A stretch of 64,000 bases of DNA from Microthyrium microscopicum (lineage: Eukaryota): assembly GCA_010405405.1 (NCBI GenBank), contig MU004247.1:62001-126000 (forward strand), given 5' to 3'. A model generated the notes under the pieces. That model saw nothing but the letters and a program-made list of their open reading frames with translations. It did no database searches and was not told the DNA's origin. Shown piece by piece: positions 26,384 through 38,459 of this stretch. The translations under genes were made by a program, and so were the position numbers. Each line of letters begins with the position of its first letter. The first letter of the stretch is position 1.

Positions 26384-26972
26384 ACAGAGGCAGGAACGAT
26401 GGTGATTAATGAATCGGCAAAGGTGCAACGGCATCGATCAACACGGGCCTTATTGAATGAATGATGATGGAATCACTACTTGACTCCATAATGAGCTTAA
26501 TGCTATACCACTCTGGCTCATTTCTACGCGATTTTGTGATTAAATCTTGACGCAGATTGAAATTCTCCGCCATGAATATTATAGAGATGAATGCCGTGCG
26601 GTGGCATCAAATGATCAACGCGTTGGGTTTTGATCGAGGAATAAAATGAAATCATCGAAGCGCCGTAGTTCATGTTGAACCGAAGTACTGAGATAATGAG
26701 AACTCACCAATTGAGCGCCTGAGTCGTTGAGTTGAAAGCTTCACCAGAGTCCAGAAGTCACTGCTCCCTGATCTCAACGATCTTACATATCAGACTCACG
26801 ACAGACACATCCCTCCTGACACATACACACATTAGAACAAACAACTCCCTTAAATCAGGTTTCAATATCCCCTTCCGTAAGCTGAAGAGACCTAGATAGC
26901 CTTACACAAAGCCATCTCTAACAAGAACTCCAGAAACCACACACAGAACAAATCAGCCACCACCATCCCAAA

Positions 26973-27399
26973 ATGAAAATCTTCCAAATCCTCATCAGCG
27001 TCCTCGGCCTCTTCCTCGGCATCGTGACAGCCGCCGGCCTGCCAGACCCCAGCACCGTCATCTTAAGCACCATGACCGACGTGTACTGCCAGACCTCCAA
27101 CTTCCACATCCGCCTCTGGCAGAACGTCTGCGCCTTCTCCCTTGAAGGCACGACCAAGCACTTCACCATGAGCTTCCGCGGTGATAACCTGAAGGGTTGC
27201 GAATGTAAGTCCTACCATTTCTGAAGATTGGGGGAGCTGCTGGCTAACAGGATAAGTAGTGCATTCTCATGCTCACCAGGACTGCAGCGATACTCCACGT
27301 GTGAGTAAGGAGGGTGAGTGTGTGCCTATCCATGGATTGTACCCAAACTATGTGGCTTGGAAGTTGGTTTGCACGGATGATTTCAGCATCTCCGGATGA
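26973..27399 (+). CDS. Small secreted 6-Cys protein (effector candidate), paralog B
   Basis: MKIFQILISVLGLFLGIVTA signal; intron 27205-27259; ...KGCE|LHSHAHQDCSDTPRVSKEGECVPIHGLYPNYVAWKLVCTDDFSISG*. Confidence 0.85.
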
Positions 27400-27715
27400 G
27401 TTGGCATGCGAAATTTCATTGTGTGAGGGACTGGCGTGAGCCCACCTGGGTACTGTAGTATCTTAGCTCAACTGATCGAGTAGGTCAACATATCAAATCA
27501 AAGACCAACTCCTGTTATGTTTCTCCAATGAGGAACAAATGATGAATGCGACATCTGATTTTCTTCGTCGGTGAATCTGGTTCTCGCAGCCCCGTCTAGG
27601 GAAAGTTCTCGTCATCTCTACTCTTTTTTCGGTCCTAGTAAGCCCACATAAGACGAATCTGAATGTAGAAGTATTCAGAAAGTAGGCATCGAGAACGTGA
27701 TGAATTGTATTTATT

Positions 27716-28882
27716 CTACAGCCCATTGAATGGTTCTTTGTTCAATGTTTCCCAAGCCAATTCCTGTAGAATTTTGGTTTGCTCGGGAGTATTCACCGAC
27801 GCGTACGCCTTCATTCCGACAGGATTGATACCATACATAGCAGCAAACCACACTATAAATCGCAACAATTAGCATCAATCACCAAGCCTACGCAGAAAAC
27901 TTACTATGACCAGCAAGAGATTTGATCTCATTCTTTGGATGACCAAGACTGTCCATGAACAATGCACTCTGCTTAGCAACTCCAGGAAACTTGCCATTGA
28001 CAACCACTACAAAGCATTAGTTATCATCTCAAACCTTGAACGCGATTACTTACTCTCACGCAACGTCAAGACTGCATCGTAGATCGGCACAATAGTCGTA
28101 AAATTCTTTCCAAACTCGGCGTTCAAACCATCCACCTGAGCCCGCAACTTGGTCCGATATGGAATCTGAAGTTTCGTGCGTGTCTGCTCCAGCATCTCAT
28201 ACGTGGCTCCATCACGATCACTGCAACCCCACGACAACTCCTTTCCATCTTTGCAAGCTTCGTAACGTCAATATATGTCTCCACCAAAACCAAAGATGAA
28301 TAAACTTACCCTCAACCTTTGGATTCGCTGATTGAACAAGCCAATTCTCCTGCACCATAACACGCATATCTTTACGTTTAGAATTCTATAACTCCATTAG
28401 CATTGACAGTTGTGCTACACCATAGTGTACTGACCGCAAGAGCCACGAATTTCGGCATACAATCATCAGGCATTTGTTCACGCGTAACGAGTGTGAGCAC
28501 ATCCGCTTTGCCAGCTTTGAGAACGACCTTGACGGCATTTGTTTCGCCGCCTTTGGTCCAGTGCTGACAGGGTGTCGATCCAGGGATTCTGTCGACACCA
28601 ATATCTTCGTGTCCTACAATGCCGGCTTCTTTGGCGAGCAGAGCTACTGGCCCAGTTGGACCTGCTAACCACCCTAACTTCATCAGCCCAGACACAACTA
28701 CGTGGTACTTATGTATTTACAATGAAAACTGTTCGAGACCTTCAGAATGTTAGTCGTTGCTTGCGATAGTTGGCTTTTGAACATACATATTGTATCTTTT
28801 TCCCCTTTGGTGGCGCTTGTCTTGCCTGGGTCGCTGACGCCAGTCCAAGGAGCGCCAGAAAAGTATAGCTCACGATATACAT
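27716..28882 (-). CDS. Secreted SGNH-hydrolase-like protein (multi-exon)
   Basis: Signal MYIVSYTFLALLGLASA; spliced KKIQY|VSNSFH|WWLAGP...AGIVGHE...GSTPCQHW; late FMDSLGHP motif; C-terminus LQELAWETLNKEPFNGL*. Confidence 0.7.
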
Positions 28883-29611
28883 CTTGAATCAGTCGTACAC
28901 AAAACTACATGATTTTAGTAAATGCGATGAAGATATGTAAAATGTGCATCGGGGAATTCGTTGTTATCGGCCCGATGTAGTCTTATACACAGCATTGTCG
29001 GCACAGAGGTCCATGTTTGCTAAGTGTATGGCATAAAATCAAATAATGTAGGGGTTGTAGTTAATTTAGAGGTTGGATTGTGGAGACCTAATTAATGATA
29101 TAGCGCTATCAATCGATCCGTAAAGAGCATAGTTTGCGCGACAGAACTTCCTGTGCTAGGCATGACCTTCGACCGCTACTAGATCGAGCGTTCAACGTGA
29201 TATGATTTGGGTGTAATTCCAAGCTCTTGCTCAGGAGTGAAGCGTTCCAATCTCATTTTTTTTGTTGTGAAGCTTACTTTGCTCTCAAGGGCCAAAACCC
29301 CTTGGGTAGGCTAAGAGCCTGAACGCGAGTACCTCACCATAGCGAAGAGCAACAATCAGATGCCATTGAAAATGGCACCATGTACCTCTGGTCTCTGTAT
29401 TGTCTACCCAGATTTTGAAGATGAGAAAGAAAGGAGGTGTAGTTATCTCATAAACAACGCGATCCCCGAAGAGGAAGCGACTTCGGACGCTACGCGCACG
29501 TGGAAGCCATGTGGATATCATCTTATCAGATCAGATTCTTTAGCTTGCTTTCCTTCTGCTATGCTTTGCTGATATCCCTTTTTAAATCCTTTTCTGAGAA
29601 TAGTTTTCATC

Positions 29612-30709
29612 ATGACCGAACCTGCCGTGGTACCGCCCACAGAGAAACACATTGAATCCGGCCCAGTAGTTGATCCTCAGCCAGCAGCTGAGCCTCCAAC
29701 AGAAGAAGTTGTTCCAGAGGTTGAACCAGTAAAAGCTGAGCCAGTGAAGGTTGCGGATAAAGCAGAAGTTTTGTCAACGCCCACCAAATCTGACGAGCCA
29801 TTACCAACATATAGTGGTCTATCATGGCCGGATTTGGAACAGGACCATCCACTCGTCAAATTCGTAGAGGCTCTGCCTGCTATCCTGAAATCAGCAGACT
29901 ATGATGAAGTTTATGGTATCACACTCAAAGCTCGAGGAGATGCGACCAAAGCGGACTTCCATACTCTACTCATATTACAGAAGTTTCTTCGCGCGAACAA
30001 GAACGAGCTAGAGCCAGCCAAAGAGCAACTCAGCAAGACCTTGGTGTGGAGAAAGGAATTCCAGCCCGAAAAAGCAGCTACTGCGACGTACAAGAAGGAC
30101 AAATTCAATGGTTTAGGCTTCATCACGATCACCGATGGTAAAGAGGCAGAGAGGCCACAAATCGTCACGTGGAACGTCTATGGAGCAGTCAAAGACTACG
30201 AAAAGACATTCGTGCCAGTAGAAGAGTAAGTTCAGCTGTCATATATAACCGTATAGTACGACTTATCGCTACCTAGGTTTCTACAATGGCGAATCGGACT
30301 GATGGAGCTCGGTGTATCAAAATTAAAGCTCGCAGAAGCTACCGAACCAATTCCAAATTATGGCGAAGGCGATGACCCGTATCAAGGCATTCAGGTGCAC
30401 GACTACAAAAGCGTTAGTTTTCTACGAATGGATCCACGCGCAAAGGCAGCTTCGAAGCAGACGATTCAGATGCTGGGAGACTATTACCCCGAGACGCTGA
30501 GTCGCAAGTTCTTCGTGAATGTGCCGCTTGTTATGCAGTGGATGTTTGCGGCTATGAAGCTGTTTGTTAGTGCAGAGACGACGAAGAAGTTCACTGTTTT
30601 GAGTGATGGGGTTTACGTCAAGGGGGAACTTGGTGATGCGGTTCCAAAGGAGTATGGAGGAAGGGCCGGTCCGCTTGAAGAAGTTGGTGAAGGTATGAAG
30701 CTGGAGTAA
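29612..30709 (+). CDS. SFH5: Phosphatidylinositol transfer protein Sfh5 (CRAL-TRIO)
   Basis: YDEVYGI, ILQKFLRAN, TLVWRKEF, VTWNVYG, QVHDY, YYPETLSRKFFVNVP; intron ~30227-30277. Confidence 0.92.
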
Positions 30710-31018
30710 TGGGTTTTTGATTGATATACCCACCAGTTGTTGTTTCTATGGAGCGGTTTATGTTAAGCACTAGTAAAAACTAACAGTACTAGTAGCTTCA
30801 ATTGATATGCGGCTCTAATGTTCTAGCGCCCGGGCATTGATGATGTGCTTCTCCACCAAATAAAATTATGCAGATGAATCGCGGGGCGGCACCCCCACCA
30901 CCAGAAGCTGCTGATAGGATTTCAGTCATCACTCGAATGATCATCTCCTAGGAAAAGCCATATCTCAATTGGACACTGGAAGCTAGCCGAAATCAAGATA
31001 CTCACTTGAACCAATTTC

Positions 31019-32169
31019 ATGATCACGAAAGTCTCTCTCGTCACCACCAAACCACCTTCACTATTGCGCTTCTCCACTGCCTTCCATAAGGCTTTGAACC
31101 GTTCTCAAGCCCAATCAATCCACAGCCCCTACAGAATATACTCCTCAAAAACAATACAAACCACTCAATCAACCATGTCCTCCAGTGTCGAAAAAGCCAA
31201 AAAGCTAGCAGCACAGCAAGCCGTAGCAGACCACTTCTCCCGCTCCTTCACCTACGTTGGCATTGGCTCCGGCTCCACCATCAAATATGTAGTGGAAGCC
31301 ATTGCACATCTACTAAAGGGGACATCCTCCGAGACCATACCCGCGCCAAGTTTGAACGCTGAAGCAAAATCCATCAACCAACGACGGCCATCCTTGGACT
31401 ACGGAATAGCATTCATCCCCACCGGCTATCAAAGCCGCCAAGAAATCCTCGAGAATGGACTCACACCAGTTCTCTTCGACCAGCTACCCGATGATGTGAC
31501 TTTAGACGTGGCGTTTGATGGCGCAGATGAAGTAGATGATGATCTCAATTGTATCAAGGGTGGTGGAGCGTGTCTTTTTCAGGAGAAGTTGGTTGCTCAG
31601 CGTGCTCGCAAGTTTGTTTGCGTAGCGGGTATGTATCACTGACGGATTCATGATGGTGACGACGATGACTGATGGGTGTTTCAGATTATAGAAAAGCTCA
31701 ACCTAGACTGTTGACAGAATGGCCTTCCATTCCCATTGAAGTTGCTCCTATTGCAGCGCCATCAGTAATCAAAGCACTACGTGCTCTGGGATCGATTGAG
31801 CCTGCTTTACGGCTCAATCCGCTGGCTAAATCAGGGCCGTTGAAGACGGATCAAGACTTTTATATCATCGATGCGCCATTTGGTCAGCCGCTATTGACCA
31901 AGAGTGACATGGAGGCTAGTGGGGAGTCTATTGGAACTAGCGTAGATGGCAAGTGGGAAGTGGTCAAGCTGGCAAAGGCGATAAGAAACATCACCGGAGT
32001 ACTCGAAGTTGGTTTGTTCTGCGGATATGATGGTATCGAGGCTGAAGAGCTTAAGGAAGCGAAAGGAAAAGGACAGAGACCTGTTGCGGTGTATTTCGGA
32101 CTCCAGGATGGCAGTGTGATGACGCGAGTTCGTAAGGGTGGTGTGCCAGGGATGAAAAGTATAGCTTGA
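31019..32169 (+). CDS. RKI1: Ribose-5-phosphate isomerase A
   Basis: [45 protein letters not shown]; intron ~31630-31685; conserved core starts at ATG 31175. Confidence 0.95.
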
Positions 32170-32829
32170 GAGTAGATGGGGAGTTCGATGTGGATTTGAA
32201 TTAGAGAACTGGATACCTTTTTTGAGGCTCTCTTTTGCCATTTGGTCTATAACCATCGAAAACCGCTGCGGATCGTATTCCAGCTTTTCTGCACTTTACT
32301 TACCTGCCCCGTCTATTTTGAGACTTGGCTTGCTTGATCTGTGATTTATACAAGGGGTGAATAAACCAGAAAATATTAGAAAGCTGTCTTTGCTTGTGTA
32401 CGTACTGCTACTTTGTTTCTATACGAATACGAAGTACGAATTCGAACGACAGCGCACGATAGCGTATTGTCATTCAAATAACTCAAAAGCTTTGCAAGCT
32501 GGCCACGGTGATCTTAAAAATAAAGTAAGTTTTGTGGCTTAGTGAATTGTCGATTCCCGCATGCATTAAATCAAGAAATGTTGACGCTATGTCAACGTTC
32601 ACAGTAGGCACAGAGCTCGATCCCGTCACGATCCGCCTATACGAAGAGCGATAGTATTCGTATGCCCGTATAGCCATAACAGACGATTTGAAAAAGACCA
32701 TGGTCACTTACAGCCTGTGAATATGTAGAAACAAAAAGAATAAAGGGTTGTCATGTCCAGGGCAAATAGCTCGACTTTGCCAGCAAGAATTGGAGCAGTT
32801 AACCAACATTCTCAATACAACAACAATTC

Positions 32830-34087
32830 ATGATGGGACCTCTTTTATACATAACAGCACTCGCACTGCTGGCCAATATCTCAACTACTTTGGCAAATCC
32901 AATTCAGCAAGAACCCCAGTCCTCTCGCCCCAGCGATTCCGTCGCAAACTGCGTCGACTACAAAATTTCCCTGACAGTAACATCAGAAAATCTAGTCATA
33001 AACACGCCTCAGTGGAAAAACGACTTTGAGCTCATAGATTATCTCCAAAACAGCAGTGCAAAGAATGCCAACGTCACCTTCCATCCGATTGGGCCAACTA
33101 CCATCAACGTCACGGAAAGTGTTTCCATCGCTGCCACATTTTGCTCTCCCAAGACGCCTTCGGCGTCAAAGCAGGATAGAGAAAAGACTGTGCTTATTAC
33201 CTCGTCCGGACTGGCCTATGATTCGAGATATTGGGACTCGGAATACAACCCTTCCAAATACAGCTTCGTAGAGGCAGCAGTTGCACAAGGATACTCCGTT
33301 TTCAACTATGATCGTCTAGGAGTCGGGCAATCGCAAAAGTAGGTAAGTCAACACTCATACAAATCTCCCTTACAAGTCTAAATTTCTCCCCTCAAGAGTT
33401 TCCGGCTGGACCAACCAAGCAAGCATTCAAGTCGAAATCCTCGCCAGCTTGATCCAGCTCGTCCGCAACGGCAACTACACCGGCCCAGTCGGCAAGGCAA
33501 AGTCTATAGTAGCCGTTGGCCACTCCTTCGGCTCACAAATCACCAACGTCCTTCTAACGAAATATCCATCCATAGTCGACGCCGCCATCCTAACCGGCGA
33601 CGCCTACGAGAGCATCCCATATGGTGGTGCCCTACTAGAAGAAACCATCGAACCACGAATCGCAAACCAGCTCGACCCCAAAATATTTGGTGAGCTTGAC
33701 ACAGGCTATCTCACCTTCGTCGATATATACGCGCACGTTAATTTCTTTTTCAAAGCGCCCTTCTACGAGATCTCCGCCGTTCAATATGCACAGTCCATAG
33801 CGCAACCATTCGCGTTGCTAGAGTTTTTGAGTACAGCAGCGTATTCGCTGAAAGCGCCAGAGTATGAAGGATCACTTTTCATGATGGCTGGGGAATTTGA
33901 TATTCCAGCTTGTTTGGGTGATTGCGTGAATACGTTTAGGACGCAGAATTTGACTGAGATGTTTCCAAAGAGTCGGCTGATTGATACGTATATTTTGCCT
34001 GGGGCGGGACATGGTGTGAACTTTGCGAGCAATGTTGGAGAGTATTACGGTGAGACTTGGGGGTTTTTGAAGAAGGCTGGTTTTTGA
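32830..34087 (+). CDS. Secreted alpha/beta hydrolase
   Basis: Signal peptide; YDRLGVGQS, GHSFGS nucleophile motif, GEFD, GAGHGVN; one intron ~33339-33396. Confidence 0.9.
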
Positions 34088-34533
34088 GTAGGCTCCTGGA
34101 GGCAATGGATGGTTTGTATTTCAGAATGGTTCGGGTTTTAGACGCCTCGACTTCTCTTATGTATATTCCTTGAAAGATCAGAATGGCGTTGGATATATGA
34201 GGTAGCTAATAACGACGTTACGAGTTTAATGTTAAGAACTTGCCATGTGTAGATGATAGAGATATGCCGTGCGATGAATAGTATAACATTACGCTTATAG
34301 TAATCATCGAAACAACATCGAGATCAACCCTTGCTAACGTGCACTCGCGATACAAAACAACGATATAAAATACACCACAAGAGCGGTAAAGACAGGATAA
34401 TTGAGCATCGAGCTCTGTGTTGTAATGTACTCTCCGAACCCGCACCACAGGATCATCGTCTTTCTCGCGTTTTTGCATTTCATTCGCCATAGAACCAGTC
34501 TTCTGGCAATTGAATCTCGCAAACTGTGGTATA

Positions 34534-35853
34534 TCACTCGGTATGTGGTGGATACATGGTTCGTATTGCGACAGCATCTGCACCGGATGGCTTTTTCACT
34601 GGTTCCATCAAGGTCGCGTCCCATTTCTCGATAACCCTTTGATACGTTCCACCAACCTGCGAGATGTTATTCTGAGATCCGTAGAAGTGTCAAACAAGTT
34701 CTAGAGATAGTCCTTGATCTGTGAACGGGCAGAGACTTCAATCTGAAGATTCTCGTTGATGGGAGAGTACATACCTTCTTCGCACCAGAAAAGCTGCTAT
34801 ATATCATAATCGATTGCCAATCAAAGTCAGAACTTTCGTAGAATGGTAGTTTCAGTGGTGAGCCTGGCGGGGGGGCTAGTACAGGAATTTCTAGCAAATC
34901 CTGTGCGCTGAACTTTGCTTGCGACGCCGCAAATTGATTGGTACAAATGAGGTTCATATCCTCACCTTCTTTTTTTTTCTCATCATAATCAGCCAGATTC
35001 TGGCAATGGAATTTGATAAGTGGGTTAGGTTGCCCGTTGTTGGGATCGCCACGCCTATAGTATGAATATGTTAGTCTAGCCTAGGTACCTGACCTAGGTA
35101 GGTAGTGTGTCTGATATGGAGTGGAGTGCTCATCGGAGAGAAAAGCTACCTGCGTATACTCGGCCGGGGACTTACCAAGCTAAAGTTCTCTGGTGTTCAT
35201 GACGCATACCAAAGGCATGGCCTAGTTCATGAGCCAAGTTTGCCGTGGGATCGCCAGTGCCCCAGCCAGGAGCCGGATCAAATGACATAGTCTGTTGTCC
35301 AACACCTTGATATCCGACTGACGTCCTAGCGCTTTTGGTGTTCGTCAATGTAACTTGCAATTTCGTTTTCGTATAATCATTGGCACAAAGTCCTCCATAG
35401 TCGACTTCTAGACTGGACTCTACAAGCCCACCGATAGCGTCTACCCACAGGTTCCAGGCATTCCCCATCAAGGTCTTGAAGTCATTGTCTTCAGCACCTG
35501 TAAAGCACCTGTGCTTAATTAGCAAAATGACTTCCTAGTGGTGTTCCGGTCACTTCAAGAAGCAGAACTATCTGAAAGAAATGTTCTACACTTCGATCAG
35601 ATATCCAGGTATATATATATCAGGAAATATCTCTACCTGGTTACGAGACTGGACATAGGAATATGAGGGGAATGTAAGCATACCAAACGACCTCATCTGT
35701 GGGCCAAACCTTGAACGCGGCATTCGGATCATTGTTGTTGGGGTTTACGTAATAAGAGCGCTCTCGTAACGATGTAAAGTTGTTGGTCGTTGGTACAGAT
35801 GCAGTGAAGATGGGTAAGAGAGCAAGAAAGAACATACAAGTTCCTGAAAGCAT
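34534..35853 (-). CDS. Secreted zinc metalloprotease (metzincin, astacin-like)
   Basis: Signal peptide; HELGHAFGMRHEHQR (HExxHxxGxxH); FHCQNLADY; Met-turn DWQSIMIY; last exon PSGADAVAIRTMYP; several introns. Confidence 0.85.
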
Positions 35854-36715
35854 CTTGTGAAAGCTGCAATCAAGCGAAACACAGTCAACGTTTAGGCTCG
35901 TGTAGTCTGGATATCGCAAACTGAAGAGAGAGATGATATACAGTGCTGGCTTCAATTAAACAAGTTCCTCCATTCCTTTTAAGTCTGAAGCTGATGGAGT
36001 CTACCTCACTAGGTGCAGCAAACCGGGCCTCCTCTTCGCAGTCGTCTCTTCGAGACCAACAGAGAACACCAAGAATAGAACCTAGCCATACGAATCACTT
36101 CAACCCAGCATTGTTGGGTAAGTATTGATGCTAATCAGCAGCGCATGACGTTTCCCTGGGCTCTATTACAAGGTACGGACTGAATCCTTCCAGCGGACTG
36201 AATCTCATCTACGAATAGAATATCATTCCACCATCTCGGGTGGTTGTATCAAGGAGAGCAGTCAGGCTTGTGTGGGTTCAAATATAATCTGATACACCCA
36301 CCTCGAATGGTACCTTTAATAGTAGTCGGCCTTCTGTTGGTTTGCGGCCCAGCCCGGCGTGTGTAATGGCAAGAGGCTTGATATCACAACCATCATAATC
36401 CCTAGCCGCCGTCCTGAAGGATTCACCTGTAGAACTCAAATCACTTTTGAAACTCATTAGACACCCAACATATTGGTGAGAGTACCTACTCTGAGGTTAG
36501 CCTGATCTAGACTTAGGAGATGTAGTGGGATGTAACTGTCGTATAGGCCGGAAGGACTGACTACACTAGCGTGTCTTGCTGCTTAGAAGATAGTGCCTTT
36601 CCATGTCATATCCAAGTATATCTTCTCCAACATCAGGCTGGCTTACTTCAAATTAGCGGTAAAAAAGTATTTCAGCTATCTTGATTTCATCTAACTCTCT
36701 TTTAGACCTCTTTAC

Positions 36716-37946
36716 CTAATTTTGACCCGCAGTAGGATTTCGAAACATCACACGATGAGGTATTGAAGTCATCTCGGCTGTTGATGGAGAAATTGCCCTA
36801 ACAGGACTATGCCTGTAGGGTAGCCAGAAGGTATTTTCAAGTTCGATCTGGGGGACAACAATGAAAGCGAGATACTGTTCGCCAGCCCATCCTCCATCAA
36901 GTTCTCTCAAGGCTCGTTCCAAAAGTGTACCGTACTTTCTCTCCATACCGACTTGTTCCTCGCTCCTGCTTTCCCATTCACGCAGAAGGTATTCCTTGAC
37001 AAATTTTGGTGATAATAGCACATATTGAAGCCAAAAGATCCTTAAGCCATCCTTTAAAAGACACCAGTTCACCCATGATGTTCCATCTGTCAACGGAGAT
37101 CCTCCCCTTCGTATTGGTCTTTCTTGTCTCTTCCGCTGCTCTGCTTCTGTCCAATCAAAGTAGTCTCGACTGGCTGTGTAGTCTGGTCCCGCCCATGCTG
37201 CCAATAATAGGCCCACGCTTTTATTGTCCCATTGCGTTTTAATCATAGAAAACAGTATTGCACAAGCAAAACGAAAGTCTCGAATCTGGTCTTTCTTTAA
37301 TTTCCGTAAATAGCTTATTCGTAGCTTGAGAATAAAGTCTTCTTTGTATTCCAGTTCTTCACTAGGACTCATTTTGAATGATCTCGAACGCAAAACTTGC
37401 TTCATCGTGTTCTTGAAAGATCTTGTTCGCAAGGCTCGTCTTACTGTGTTCCGAAATGACGGCTTTGGCATCTGCACCTTAGCATCGTTATATATTTTCG
37501 ATAGTTGTCGAAGAATTTGAAGCCCCTTGGTGATCCTGACGCGAGGGAAGTGCGACCTATCGTCCTCCGCAGTAATGCCATAGGGTCTACAGAAGTTCGT
37601 TAGGATAATCAAGGAGTCGTGGTATAGGTAGATATTCAAGATAGGACACTAACCCGCCAAAGAGATCAAAACTATCGTCTTGTATCCTATCAACCAAGAC
37701 TGCTGCCAAAAAGTCCAAAATTTTGCTATTGAGCCATTCAAAGTCTTTTATCTGGGAGTCGTCGGTTGCAAGAACAGCATCTGAAAAGGTACGATGTGCT
37801 ACCCAGGCGCTGATACCGGTACTGTTTTCTTTGATGAGAGCGGCGAGACGAGAGTTGGCTCGTCGCAGATTGTAAAGAGAGAATAAAGGTAGCTCGCGGC
37901 AAATAAGTACCAGAAGTTCAGTAGGCAGATCTGCCAAAGTAGCCAT
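36716..37946 (-). CDS. F-box domain protein
   Basis: N-terminal LADLPTELLVLICRELPLFSLYNLRRANSRL; intron ~37587-37653 joins the two ORFs in frame. Confidence 0.75.
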
Positions 37947-38459
37947 GGTACCTAATCGCTTTGAATATTGATTTGTTGAGTACGACCGAAATTGAAGATA
38001 TACAGCAGCAGTTGTGCTTTGGGAGAGAATAAGATGAATGATGTAGATTGATCGATGGCAAATGTTGGAAGCTCTGAATGAGGTAGCGTTTACTGGAAGA
38101 CCCGATTTGGGATCATCTGCTGTGCCGCCTCTAACCTTGCAAGTAGGAGCAGTATAACCCTGCTCATAAAACCACTCGCATTGATCCAGTCGCTATCTCC
38201 GCCTTGCAATACGCTCAGCGCGGTCGATGTGCTGCATGAAAGCGGCAAGGCTGAAACTCCTGACGCTGACCAATCACACCCCACTTCAGTTATACCTCCA
38301 ACTTCATGCGCCGTGAGATCCTTCGTGTCTTCTCACTATCAATGCTGCAACCGTTTTGCCATCTTCTCTTGTCGTCAAGTGCAACCTCAAGCTGTTGCCC
38401 GTGCATACAGAGTTCCTTTCAGTCTCTATATTCTGGTATTCGCCCCTAAACCCGTGGAC

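Noticed and set aside
34961..34985. Poly-T run suspected of frameshifting the metalloprotease
   Set aside because: Nine A's on the coding strand read in frame (DYDEKKKEGEDM).
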